Shown here: positions 1 through 11,029 of the stretch, piece by piece | Layout: every line of letters starts with the position of its first letter | Numbering within the stretch: the stretch's first letter is position 1 | DNA from: Macrostomum lignano | Taxonomy: Eukaryota | DNA: 64,000 nt | Assembly (NCBI GenBank): GCA_002269645.1 | Contig: NIVC01000543.1 | Span: forward strand, 186,001-250,000 | Reading direction: 5' to 3' | Made by a program: the position numbers and the translations under genes | The notes under the pieces: generated by a model | The model's input: the letters and a program-made list of their open reading frames with translations, nothing else | The model's database searches: none | Told to the model about the DNA's origin: nothing

Positions 1-1104
1 CCCGCCAGAACAGCTGGTGCAGCGGGTGGCCGCCCTCATGCAGGAGTTCACGCAGAGCGGTGGCGTCCGGCCCTTTGGCATCTCCGTGCTGCTGGCTGGC
101 TGGGACCGCGACACCAACCGGCCAATGCTGTTTCAGTCCGACCCCTCCGGCACCTACTTTGCCTGGAAGTCTACGGCGCTGGGCAAGAACCACGTCAATG
201 GGAAGACCTTCCTGGAGAAGAGGTGCGCTTATTCGCTGGTCATTAGATATTTTGGCTTTCAACAAAATCCGCAATGTAATCCTCTTCTGTGAAATGATTG
301 CCTACTGAAGAGTAGCAAAAAATGCGAGGCGAATCTCTTATAATGCGGAAGGGTTGCTCAACATTTTGAGCAATCGTTGAGTAGCTCAGAGGTCCCGAAT
401 TCTTCTAGCATTTATTCTGAGCAATCGTTGAGTAGCTCAGAGGTCCCGAATTCTGCCGGCATTTATTCTGAGCAATCGTTGAGTAGCTCAGAGGTCCCGA
501 ATTCTGCTAGCATTTATTCTGAGCAATTGTTGAGTAGCTCAGAGGTCCCGAATTCTGCTAGCATTTATTCTGAGCAATTGTTGAGTAGCTCAGAGGTCCC
601 GAATTCTGCTAGCATTTATTCTGAGCAATTGTTGAGTAGCTCAGAGGTCCCGAATTCTTCCGGCATTTATTCTGAGCAATTGTTGAGTAGCTCAGAGGTC
701 CCGAATTCTTCCGGCATTTATTCTGAGCAATCGTTGAGTAGCTCAGAGGTCCCGAATTCTGCCGGCATTTATTCTGAGCAATCGTTGAGTAGCTCAGAGG
801 TCCCGAATTCTGCCGGCATTTATTCTGAGCAATCGTCGAGTAGCTCAGAGGTCCCGAATTTTTCTTGAATAGATTTTGAGATAGCAAATTAATGAAAAAG
901 ACCATTGTTTCTCCCTTCGCTCCGCCCAGGTACAACGAGGAGCTGGAACTTGAGGACGCGGTGCACACGGCCATCCTGACGCTGAAGGAGAGCTTCGAGG
1001 GCCAGATGACTGAGGACAATATCGAAGTCGGCATATGCAAGCAAGATGGCTTCAAGAAGCTGAGTCCCGCTGAGATCAAAGATTACCTGGCCGGGATCCA
1101 GTGA
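1..1104 (+). CDS. PSMA2: Proteasome 20S subunit alpha type-2, last two coding exons (<1-222, 930-1104); 5' part lies outside the window
   Basis: Translation [23 protein letters not shown]...GKTFLEKR|[36 protein letters not shown] matches the alpha-2 subunit. GT donor at 223, CAG acceptor at 927-929, phases compatible, TGA at 1102-1104. Confidence 0.97.
368..860. repeat. Intronic minisatellite, 51-nt unit, about 9.5 copies
   Basis: Unit gagcaatcgttgagtagctcagaggtcccgaattctgccggcatttattct repeated inside the PSMA2 intron; explains ORFs 377-868 and part of 609-1079. Confidence 0.97.
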
Positions 1105-1689
1105 GCGCAGTGCTGCAATATGACTCCAGAACAGCGCTTGTTGCTTTCTCTTTATCTCTTTCTGTTCTGCACTTGCTCCGTGTTCATGCCTGCTCTGTGC
1201 AGTCCATAGCTATCCAGCGGCGCCCTGACCTGCTCAGAGCCTGTTATCTCCCTCCGCTTGGCAGCGGCTCCCAAACTATTTTAAAGTACATTTTCTGGCC
1301 AAGCAGATCGCCGATAGCGGCATTTCTCTACTGTGCCCGACCTCCACCCCTCCCAGTTTTGCTGCAAACCCCTGCGCCTCGGTTTTCGAATAAATTCTCA
1401 TTCCCCCATGGCCCTGCAGTCACCGCGCGCTTTACCAGTTATAATTTTATAGCCCTAAATCGCTCCAGGAATAGCTACTGTTAGGCAAATAAATACGAAA
1501 CCGGTAGGAATTTTTTGCGTAACATTTTTGCTTAACTTTCATGTTTACGCAATAACAGCACCTTTGTTGTTGCTCTTTTGTTGCCTTTGTTGCTATTCAA
1601 GGTAAAGAATAGCTTTGTGTGCTAAGGTAGCTTTGGTTTGGTTAGACCATGCGCATTATGAGCATACATCTCGAGGATTGCCCCCTCGA

Positions 1690-1910
1690 TCTTACCCCCC
1701 TCCCACATTGACCTCCCCTCACACTGCCCCCACACTGCCTCCCAATTTTGCCTCCCCCCACATTTTCCCCACATTGCCCTCCCCCACATCCCCCCCACGC
1801 CTAACAACAATGCCCACCCCAACATTGCCCCCCACACTGCCTCCCAACATTGCCCACCCCAACATTGCCCCCCACACTGCCTCCTAACATTGCCCACCCC
1901 AACATTGTCG
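1690..1910. repeat. C-rich degenerate tandem repeat
   Basis: Repeated cccccacactgcctcccaacattgcccaccccaacattg motifs. Confidence 0.85.
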
Positions 1911-2132
1911 TTGCACCCCAAGAGGTTGCTCCACCCGGCAGCAAGAAGTGATCCCGATGCTTCATAAGAACATCGGAAATTAAATCAGCCGGCCTTTTGG
2001 TGTTGCTTGGAGATAATTTTTAATTTTTAATAATGGAGATAAAAGGAGCAATAGGCTGGGGAATTCTTCAACTATTTCATCGACTGGTGTAAATTTCTGC
2101 TTCAGCTGGTTGCTTCACACTGTCCTGTCAGC

Positions 2133-5100
2133 ATGCAAGGGCGCTTTCTGCTCACCTTAGCAACAGTTGCCGGGCTGTTGCTAGCCGGTTGCCAGGCGGA
2201 TATTTACCTGCACTATCCGCGTGGCTCCAACAACCGCCTGAACGAGACATCGGCGGCGCGGACCAACGCTAATCGCCTATTCGACTCGCAGAACAACAAC
2301 AGGGGCGGCTACAATGTTGGCGAATTCGGTGCTAAGCAGTTCGACGAGAAATATTTCTACGGGTCCGGCGGCGCCAGCCGCCTCTCTGTGGAGTGGACGA
2401 TGCAGCACGGATGCAGGGACGGGCGGCAGGGCTGCCGGGTGGTGGTGCAGGCCATGTGCCAGCCGCTGGCGGGCGCCGGCCTCGACACGCTGCGGAACGG
2501 CAACTCCACACAGACGCAGGGGTTTCAGGCAGCTGCCAAGCCGCTCGACGAGACCGTGGACAGCTTTTTGGCCAGGAAGGCGGCCTCCGCCACCGCTCAA
2601 CGAGGCCTGCACGAGCCTTTCGAGTGGTGAGGAACTAGCGATAAGCCTGTCGCGTCCACAAACTGACGTTTTGGTCTGTGGTGTCCACAAACTGACATTT
2701 TGGTCTGTGGTGTTCACAAACTGACGTTTTGGTCTGTGGTGTCCACAAACTGACATTTTGGTCTGTGGTGTCCACAAACTGACATTTTGGTCTGTGGTGT
2801 CCACAAACTGACATTTTGGTCTGTGGTGTCCACAAACTGACATTTTGGTCTGTGGTGTCCACAAACTGACATTTTGGTCTGTGGTGTCCTCAAACTGACG
2901 TTTTGGTCTGTGGTGTCCTCAAACAGACATTTTTCACTGTCTGATTTTTGTGATAACCGTTGAGTTGTCTACGGGGATGTGGCGTTAAATGCTTTGAGTT
3001 GCCTAGGCTGTTCGCGCAGAAAATCAAGTGCAATGAATTGCTTCTAATTAGCCTTTAATCTCAAAACTCGCGCGCTGGAACCAGGTACGACGCCTGTAAC
3101 GCTCGGGAGCGAAACCGCGGCCTGTTCACCGCGGACCAGCGACTTCGGGGCGGCAGCGCCATTTACACCAGGCAAAACCCCGCTGGCACCAGGCGCGGCT
3201 ACGAGTGTCCCGAGGAGCGAGATTATTATCCATACTGGCACCCGACGCCCTGGCTGGACGTGGCCGTGCTCACTGACAATCTGGCCGAGTGTCCTGCGCT
3301 CGTGGCCGCCTCGGCCGCGCCAACCCATGCCTGCGTGCGGACCTTCGCTGCGGACAGCGGCCGGCGGCTCTGGGCGGTGCCGGAGAACAACGAGTTCGAC
3401 TGCGCCAAGAACGGCGGCCGCTTTGTGGCCTTCTACCCCTACCTGGAGGTGAGCTGGCGAGTTTTTAGACACATTCGATTTCTTTATTGACTGCAAAACT
3501 GACTGCCAAGCGAATCACTCAATAACTCTTAATAGTCAGGCTTTTCCCGAGCTGAATACAGTCGCTAAACATCTCGATGGTCTTGAATGCTGCTGACTTA
3601 AAACTTGCCCAGTCTTGTCCATATTATTATTCGGGGCCCACCCATTTGTACGTCACGTATCTCTACGTGCTCAGAACTCGCCCCCACCAGGTAGCTTCGG
3701 CCATAGACAACGAGGCCGCCTGCTCAGCCCGCGGCTACCGCTGGGCCGTGCCGCATCGGCACCGCCTTTCGAGCCTGCAGCCGGCCTGCCTGGTGCCGCC
3801 GCCGCCCCTGGACTGCCGCCTGGCTCCGACAACCCGCGACAACCACCTGGGAGACAAGCTGGGCGGCGGCCCCGTGGCCTACGACTGGCAGCTGCCCAAC
3901 TTTCCATCCGGCGACGCTCAGCGCTGCGTCCTGCGGCTGCGCTACAATCTGACCTCCTCGGACTCGGAGCAGCTGATCCGTCAGAATCCACTTGTGCAGC
4001 CCGGCCTGCAGCTGGCGGTCAACAGCAACCAAGTTGGTCGGGTGTTTCAGGACCGCAGCCACGTCTTCCAGCTGCATCGGGTGCCGGTGCCTGTGGCCAG
4101 CAATCTGCACCATGTCGGGGTTCGCGGCAAGCGAGGTAAGTGCAGGTGCACCAGTTCATCCCTATCTACAGGCAACAGTGCAGGTGCACCAGTTCATCCC
4201 TATCTACAGGCAACAGTGCAGGTGCACCAGTTCATCCCTATCTACAGGCAACAGTGCAGGTGCACCAGTTCATCCCTATCTACAGGCAACAGTGCAGGTG
4301 CACCAGTTCATCCCATCCACAGACAACAGTGCAGGTGCACCAATCCATCCCATCCACAGACAACAGTGCAGGTGTACCAATCCATCCCCATCCACAGGCA
4401 ACAGTGCAGGTGTACCAATCCATCTCATCCACAGACAACAGTGCAGATGCACCAATCCATCCCCATCCACAGGCAACAGTGCAGGTGTACCAATCCATCT
4501 CATCCACAGACAACAGTGCAGGTGCACCAATCCATCCCCATCCACAGGCAACAGTGCAGGTGTACCAATCCATCTCATCCACAGACAACAGTGCAGGTGC
4601 ACCAATCCATCACATCCACAGGTAACATAGTGCAGGTGCACCAATCCATCTCATCCACAGGCAACATAGTGCAGGTGTACCCGGCAGTGGAGTACGATTT
4701 TACGCCAACGCGGCTGTCGGCCCGGGTCGGCGATCACCTGTTCCTGCAGTGGTCGGGCTCGAACTCGCACAACAACGGCGCCCCAGCCGGTGACGGCCAG
4801 GCCGGCGATGACGGCGCCGGGGCTGGCGGCACGGACCGCAGCAACCTGGCGGAGGCCGGCCACGCAAACGACAACCTGCCGCTGCCCTGGGAGGCGTCCG
4901 GCTTCCTCACCGACGGTGCCGGCCGCGTTGTGTGGGCGTGGCACGACCAGCTGGACGGCCTGGCGCCGCGGGACTTCGGCCTGGCGCTGGCCTCGGCTGG
5001 CTACTATCGCTGTTTCGCTGCGGCCGCCTGTGGCGCTGACAGCGAAGAGGCGAAGACGCCGCTGGACCCGGAGCTGAACACCGCGCCGGCCAGCTTTCCG

Positions 5101-5208
5101 GGCCTCCTCATCCGACTGGACCGGGCCGGGCAGTTCAAGTTCATCTGCACTCGCAACAACAATTTCTCAAACAGGAGTCACAAATGGCTGCTCACGGTGA
5201 CTGACTGA
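2133..5208 (+). CDS. Protein DD3-3-like secreted protein, 616 aa; exons 2133-2626, 3085-3448, 3691-4135, 4661-5208
   Basis: Signal peptide followed by DIYLHYPRGSNNRLNE...ANRLFDSQNNNRGGYN, GYECPEERDYYPYWHP, VRGKRGNIVQVYPAVEYDF and CTRNNNFSNRS, motifs I recognise from the Dictyostelium DD3-3 family. All introns are GT-AG and the exons sum to 1851 nt (617 codons). Confidence 0.9.
2654..2932. repeat. Intronic minisatellite, 29-nt unit, about 9 copies
   Basis: gtccacaaactgacattttggtctgtggt repeated in DD3-3 intron 1. Confidence 0.96.
4136..4660 (+). repeat. DD3-3 intron 3, composed almost entirely of a 37-39 nt repeat of its own 3' splice junction (about 13 copies)
   Basis: Unit catccacag|gcaaca(ta)gtgcaggtg(c/t)accaatc contains the acceptor plus the first ~20 nt of exon 4. 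Confidence 0.92.
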
Positions 5209-5657
5209 GCCAGTGACTCGTGCGAGTTCAGTTCTGCATTCTGGCACCTGCTAGCCAACGGTTAGCCGACTCGGGGAAATTGTGTACCATTTTGATTACT
5301 TGGCAGTTTCCTATGAACCAAATGTTTATCTGCGCGCTATCTGATATTCAGCATCAATTTTAATTCACAACGCAAAACTAATTTTTGCCTTCGTTGTAAA
5401 TCAAATTTCTCGTCTTTCACAAAAGTATTGATTTTGATATGTTTTTTATGTAAATTCGCTTCTTTCCGAGTTTTAGGTTTTCAATGCGCTGTGATACTCC
5501 AGAGTGGTGTAATCAATTTTGCTTTAATAAATTTACAATAAATGCATCACTTGATCGACCCCACGTTTTTATAAGAAATAATCAATAATGGCTCATTCGT
5601 TAATAACCGTTAAAATTAATCATTTATTTGCTGTGAAGTTCATGCTAACCAAGGACC

Positions 5658-6680
5658 TGAGGCGGAAGGCCTTTGAGTTCAATAGATGGAATGGCAGCGA
5701 ATATTTTGTGCTGCTTTGCGCGTATAATTATATTTACAAACAGCGCGAGATTGAGATGCCTAGGGAGGTGCAAAAGGGTGGGCGGCCGGCTGGTCTGGTA
5801 TTCTAGACAGGTTGAGGGGGTTTCAAGTGTGGCTGCACTGGTGCTTGCCGGTCGCGTACATTCTGGCCGCCACACAGCTCCCCCCCCCCCCAGCACCGAG
5901 CTAGGCCCGAACGTCGGGTGATAGTCAAGGCAGCGAGAGTGCCGAGGAGCGGGCGACGAAGTCAGCCGGGCGCTGGAGACGGCAGGGCGCCGAAGGCGGC
6001 AGGGGCGCGAGGCGGGCGCCGAAGCAGCAGGGGCAACAAGGCGGCAGGGGCGCGAGGCGGGCGCCGAAAGCAGCAGGGGCAACAAGGCGGCAGGGGCGCG
6101 AGGCGGGCGCCGAAGGCAGCAGAGCGCAGAAAACATGCAGCCGGGGTGCGGCAGTCGACAGTCGGTTGCCACCGTGAGCCGGGTCGATGCTCCTGCACAG
6201 AGGCTGGGGATGTTAGGCTAGCAACAGCGGTTCTAACCTACATGTAGCTCGTAGAATGAGCTGCAGCGTGGCGGTGGTTGGTCCAACGCGGGGGCCGAAA
6301 GGCGAAACCCCAGGAGCTACCGGGGGGCGGGCTGACTGGGCCGATTTGTGCTGCGGCCTGCGGGTTACTGCCGTGGCTGCTGGGCTGCCGTGCTGCTGCT
6401 GTCGGCCAAGGCGGTTGGCTGCCAGGACCGCACAGAGCTGACCAGGGCGTTCCGCGCTGGGCGTCGAGCTCACCAATCACAATGAGGCGGAAGGCCTTTG
6501 AGTCCAATAGATGCCTAGGCTGAGGGGCCTAGGGAGGTGCAAAAAGGTAGCATGATAAACTTCGCCAACCTCGGATTAGCGAGCCGGCTAGTCTGGTGGT
6601 GCACCCACCCCCACCTCAGCTAGACAGAGGTTGGGGTGTTTAAAGTGTGGCTGTGCTTGCCGGTCGCGTACATTCTGGCC
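5658..6680. repeat. Diverged direct repeat pair (5658-5868 and 6483-6680) enclosing a GC-rich internal tandem repeat (about 5980-6125)
   Basis: Shared blocks tgaggcggaaggcctttgagt-caatagatg, cctagggaggtgcaaaa and tgcttgccggtcgcgtacattctggcc occur in the same order in both copies. Confidence 0.75.
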
Positions 6681-8059
6681 ACTGTCTTAAAGGACTCCGA
6701 ATTCGCGGGGCTTGATCGGAAGGTCTAATTTCGCTTCGAAATGCGTTAGCTAAAAGTTTTGCAATCAATTGCCTTAACTGCCTAAATGCTTATAGAGCTG
6801 CTTTGTGTACGAGGTGGTTAATTTATAGCATTTCCCATATCAAATTTAAAAAATACCGTTGGAGACCTGCAACAAGTAATATTTAAATTTGTTTTACAGT
6901 TTTTTTATAAAATGGAATGCATTGCATCAAGTTTGTTTCGCTTCTGACAGTTGCTAGGGCCGAAAAGAAGCCATTTGTTGAGAAAAATCACTTTAAAATG
7001 AATTGTAGTGCTGTTGAAAGAATTTGCTTGAATTTTCCCGCCAGTGGTTCTTGATTGCATCGCTGATAACATTGGTTGAACTCCGTTTGGCTATTAAACC
7101 AAAGGAAAATTTTACGACTCTATTACAAAGGCCGGCTCGAGTTTGAGTAGAGATTCGCGGCGGACAAGCGAGCGGCAGAGCCAGTCTGCGCAGACAACAC
7201 CTCGGCTGAGCGAGCGCGGTTTATTTCGGATGCAAAGAGAAGCACAAAATATGCATTTGCGAGTCGCACTCAACAGTTTGAGCACAAGTTTACTACTATA
7301 AGCTTTAATCATATGGCTACATAGCAATAAACAGCGTAATGTAATAAGACGACTGACTGACCACGGATGATCGACCGAAAAGCGCAAGTGAAAGCCAGGG
7401 CCGCAGACGCAGCCTCATCTGGAGGTGCCTGAGATCAGGAACCGGATGGGAGGCCAGAGGTCAGTCCCCATGCCAGATGGGGCTACATTGGGCCAAGCCC
7501 CCAACAGCCAAAGCATTCTCTCAAGCAAGGCCGAGAGTTAAAAGCATGGAAATTTACAGCGTGGCTGGGGGCAGAAGAGCAAGCTCGAGTAGACAAGACA
7601 CTGACGCAGAAAAATAAGCGAGCCGCACTACTCCAATCTGGATGGAACAAAGACCGGCAGCAGGAGCAGCAAAGCCTACAAGCAGAGCTCATAACAAATA
7701 CCTGTATTTCCTGAACGCAGACAGATCTTGGTTTTTATTCAAACATTTTCAGTAGTCAAGAGTCAATGAAATTGCTATAACAATTATTTGTAATATTTTG
7801 TGTAAATAAGTGTGGAATGGCATGACTCGTATATCTCCAAAATATATTAATAATATAGGACTCAATAATCTGAAGCCACGATTCAGACAGCAGTAACTCA
7901 GCATGTAAAAGCAGAGGTTAAAACCCGTCGGGCCAAATTCAAATTTGAGACTTAAAAATTGCGACTGAAAATATTGAAATACCCGGCAATCAAGCTGCTG
8001 GCATCAGCTTCGGGCCTTAGCTAGGAGTCGGGGAACAGCGTAGCCTGGGGTTCCGGATA

Positions 8060-8345
8060 CGGTGACAGCAGAAGTTGGGGATGGGGGAACCGGTGACAGC
8101 ACAAGTTGGGAATTGGGTAACCGGTGACAGCAGAAATTAGGGATGGGGGGAACCGGTGACAGCAGAAGTTGGGGATTGTGGAACCGGTGACAGCAGAAGT
8201 TGGGGATGGGGGACCGGTGACAGCACAAGTTGGGGATTGGGGAACCGGTGACAGCACAAGTTGGGGATGGGGGGAACCGGTGACAGCAGAAGCTGGGGAT
8301 TGGGGAACCGGTGACAGCACAATCAAGGTATTGGGAACCAGTGAC
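8060..8345. repeat. Minisatellite, about 31-nt unit, downstream of the Smaug stop codon (probable 3' UTR)
   Basis: ggaaccggtgacagca(g/c)aagttggggatgggg repeated about 9 times. Confidence 0.93.
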
Positions 8346-8439
8346 AGCCAAACTAATTAATGACCGAATTATGCATTTCGTAACATCGAAAACGAGCGCT
8401 GCCAAAGCCTTAGCAACAGTTAAACAGAGCAGCATCCGC

Positions 8440-10843
8440 CTACTCTGCATCAAGAGCAGCTTCGGTGACCTGTCTGGCCAGCTGCTCCAAGTCGGTGTCG
8501 ATAGCCAACTCCATCTCGCGCTGGTTTGGCGGTGCCGAGTGCGTCCGCTCGACCGGCCGTCTCGGCTGCTCAGCTGGTGGCAGCAGCGACTGCGGCGAAG
8601 GGGCGGCACCCACGCCAGCGAATGAGTTATGCTTCATCGTGAGCTGCTGCTGCTCCTGCTGCTGGTACCACTTGCCCATGTGCGGCAGCGGCAGCGGCAG
8701 GCTCTGCACCTGACCTGCGACGGCGGGTGCCGCCGCAGCAGATTTTTGTGGCGGGAACTGCGACCACTGCGGCGGAGGTGGCCCGGCAGAGGCCGATGCC
8801 ACGACGGCCACCGCGCTAGCAGCAGCTGCAGCAGCGGCGGCAGCGGAGCGAGCGAAGCGGGGAGCGGGTCCGCCTCGCACGGCGGCCAACTGCGGCTTCC
8901 AGGAGGCGCAAAGCGACTTTTGACGCTGGCAGAAGCCAGAGTGACCGGCCACGGTGTCTAGCAGGCCGGCGAAGGCGGCGTAGATGTCGTCCTTGTAGCG
9001 GGTGAGCAGCAACTGGGAGCAGACCCGGCGCAGGCAGGCCACCAGCAAGTCGGGCAGGTCAGACTCCGGGTCAACCGGAGCTGCGATGGCGCCCCGCAGG
9101 TCGGCTAGCAGGGAGCGCATCTGGCAGCCGCTCAGCGCGCCCTGCCCGGCCTCCGCAGACGCCAGGACCTGGTCACAGGCCTGTAGCAGCAGCTGGCGAT
9201 CCCGCAGTCGGCGCAAGCTGAGCAGAATTTTATTCCTGGCACCCTTTGTGACCAGACGGGCCTCCAGCCAGTCTTCGCTGACCCGCAGCATGTCTGAGTA
9301 GGTCATTGCCTGGAACAGGTGAGCGTACTTGTGCAGCCGCAGGCTCTTCAGCCAGGCGGGCACCTCTCGCATACCGGCACGCCAGCTGGAGATGCTGAAG
9401 GCACTCGACGCCTCCTCGGATGAAGCATCGGCGGTGGCCACTGCAGCTGTTGCAGTCGGAATCCCGATCGGAGAGAGGGGGCTGTGCTCGGCGCTAGCGA
9501 ACCCGCTACTGCAGTTGGGCGACAGGCGGTTAGGGCACAGCTGCTGTTGGCCAGCGCCTCCACCCGGCGACAGCAGACTGAACTGCTGGTGCGGCTGCGA
9601 TGGAGGATGAGAGCGAAGGGCCTGTGCGAATCGGGCCCGCTCCGGCCCGGTGAACGCCGGGTGCAGTAGGGCAAGGCTGGCCAGGCTGCGGCGGGTGGCC
9701 TCGTCCGTGCGGTCGCAGTGCAGAATTCGCTCCATCAGGCTGGCATGAGCCTGGGCCGCCTCGCTGCCGGCCTGCAGCAGCGGCAGCAGCGACAGCATCT
9801 CCCTGGCCGCCGACTCCGCCGAATCCGCCGAAGAGGCCAGCAGGTCCTGCATAGCGCAGGCGCTGTTGGCGCGGAACTCCAGCTCGGCGAAATGAAGCTG
9901 CCCTCCTGACTGGGCCGCCTCTGCGATGCCCGCAGCCAGACCCGAATACAGCGGCCGCAGATGGCGCAGCAGGCAGGCCAGCACTGACACCTGGGAATTG
10001 GGATGGACTGGCGTTCACTGACACCTGGGAATTGGGATGGACTGGCAATCACTGACACCTGGGAATTGGGATGGACTGGCGTTCACTGACACCTGGGAAT
10101 TGGGATGGACTGGCGATCACTGACACCTGGGAATTGGGATGGACTGTCGATCACTGACCCCTGGGAATTGGGATGGACTGGTATTCACTGACACCTGGGA
10201 ATCGGGATGGACTGGCATTCACTGACACCTGGGAATCGGGATGGACTGGCAATCACTGACACCTGGGAACTGGGATGGAATGGCAATCACTGACACCTGG
10301 GAACTGGGATGGACTGGCATTCACTGACACCTGGGAATTGGGATGGACTGGCATTCACTGACACCTGGGAACTGGAATGGACTGGCAATCACTGACACCT
10401 GGGAACTGGGATGGAATGGAAATCACTGACACCTGGTAACTGGGATGGAATGGCAATCACTGACACCTGGGAACTGGGATGGACTGGCATTCACTGACAC
10501 CTGGGAACTGGGATGGACTGGTAATCACTGACACCTGGGAACTGGGATGGACTGGTAATCACTGACACCTGGGAACTGGGATGGAATGGCAATCACTGAC
10601 ACCTGGGAACTGGGATGGACTGGCATTCACTGACAACTGGGAACTGGGATGGACTGGTAATCACTGACACCAGGGAACTGGGATGGAATGGCAATCACTG
10701 ACGCCTGGGAATTGGGATGGACTGGCAATCACTGACACCTGGGAATTGGGATGATTCACTGTTAATCTTACCTGTTCTGGGCCACTCAGATTGCCGAACC
10801 ATCCAGCAACGTGCGCGGCCTCATCACGGAAGCTGGGGGCCAT
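8440..10843 (-). CDS. SAMD4: Smaug/SAMD4 RNA-binding translational repressor, 540 aa; exons 10843-10772 and 9990-8440
   Basis: N-terminus MAPSFRDEAAHVAGWFGNLSGPEQ|VSVLACLL resembles the Smaug FRDQV...WF...EQ motif. SAM domain MREVPAWLKSLRLHKYAHLF...VTKGARNKILLSL. Donor GTAAGA at 10771, acceptor CAG at 9993-9991, phase 0. Confidence 0.94.
9982..10765 (-). repeat. Smaug intron array: 34-nt unit made of 25 nt of 3' splice site plus the first 9 nt of exon 2; 22 extra copies
   Basis: Minus-strand unit ...ccagtccatcccaattcccag|gtgtcagtg. First acceptor-like copy at 10739, functional one at 9991; the difference is exactly 22 x 34 nt. Confidence 0.95.
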
Positions 10844-11029
10844 TAAGGGTGTCGGTGATGGTGACAGGATTCGCGGGCTTCGGATTGGCTGCATGAAGCA
10901 GGTGAAGAGAGGCTGTGAGTGTTTGGGATCAGGACAGAAGTGATCCCAAGTAAGCCGGGCTTTGTCACTCTCCTTAATGAGTAGGAAAACCAGTGAAAGG
11001 TGGATATATCAACAGCGATCCGTCTCAAG

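Noticed and set aside
377-1079. ORFs 377-868 and 609-1079 as proteins
   Set aside because: They derive from the 51-nt intronic repeat and antisense PSMA2 sequence.
8060-8345. CCGGT (CNGGN) in the Smaug 3' repeat as autoregulatory Smaug recognition elements
   Set aside because: An SRE needs the CNGGN loop on a stem; the flanks gtca and tccc do not pair beyond one base.
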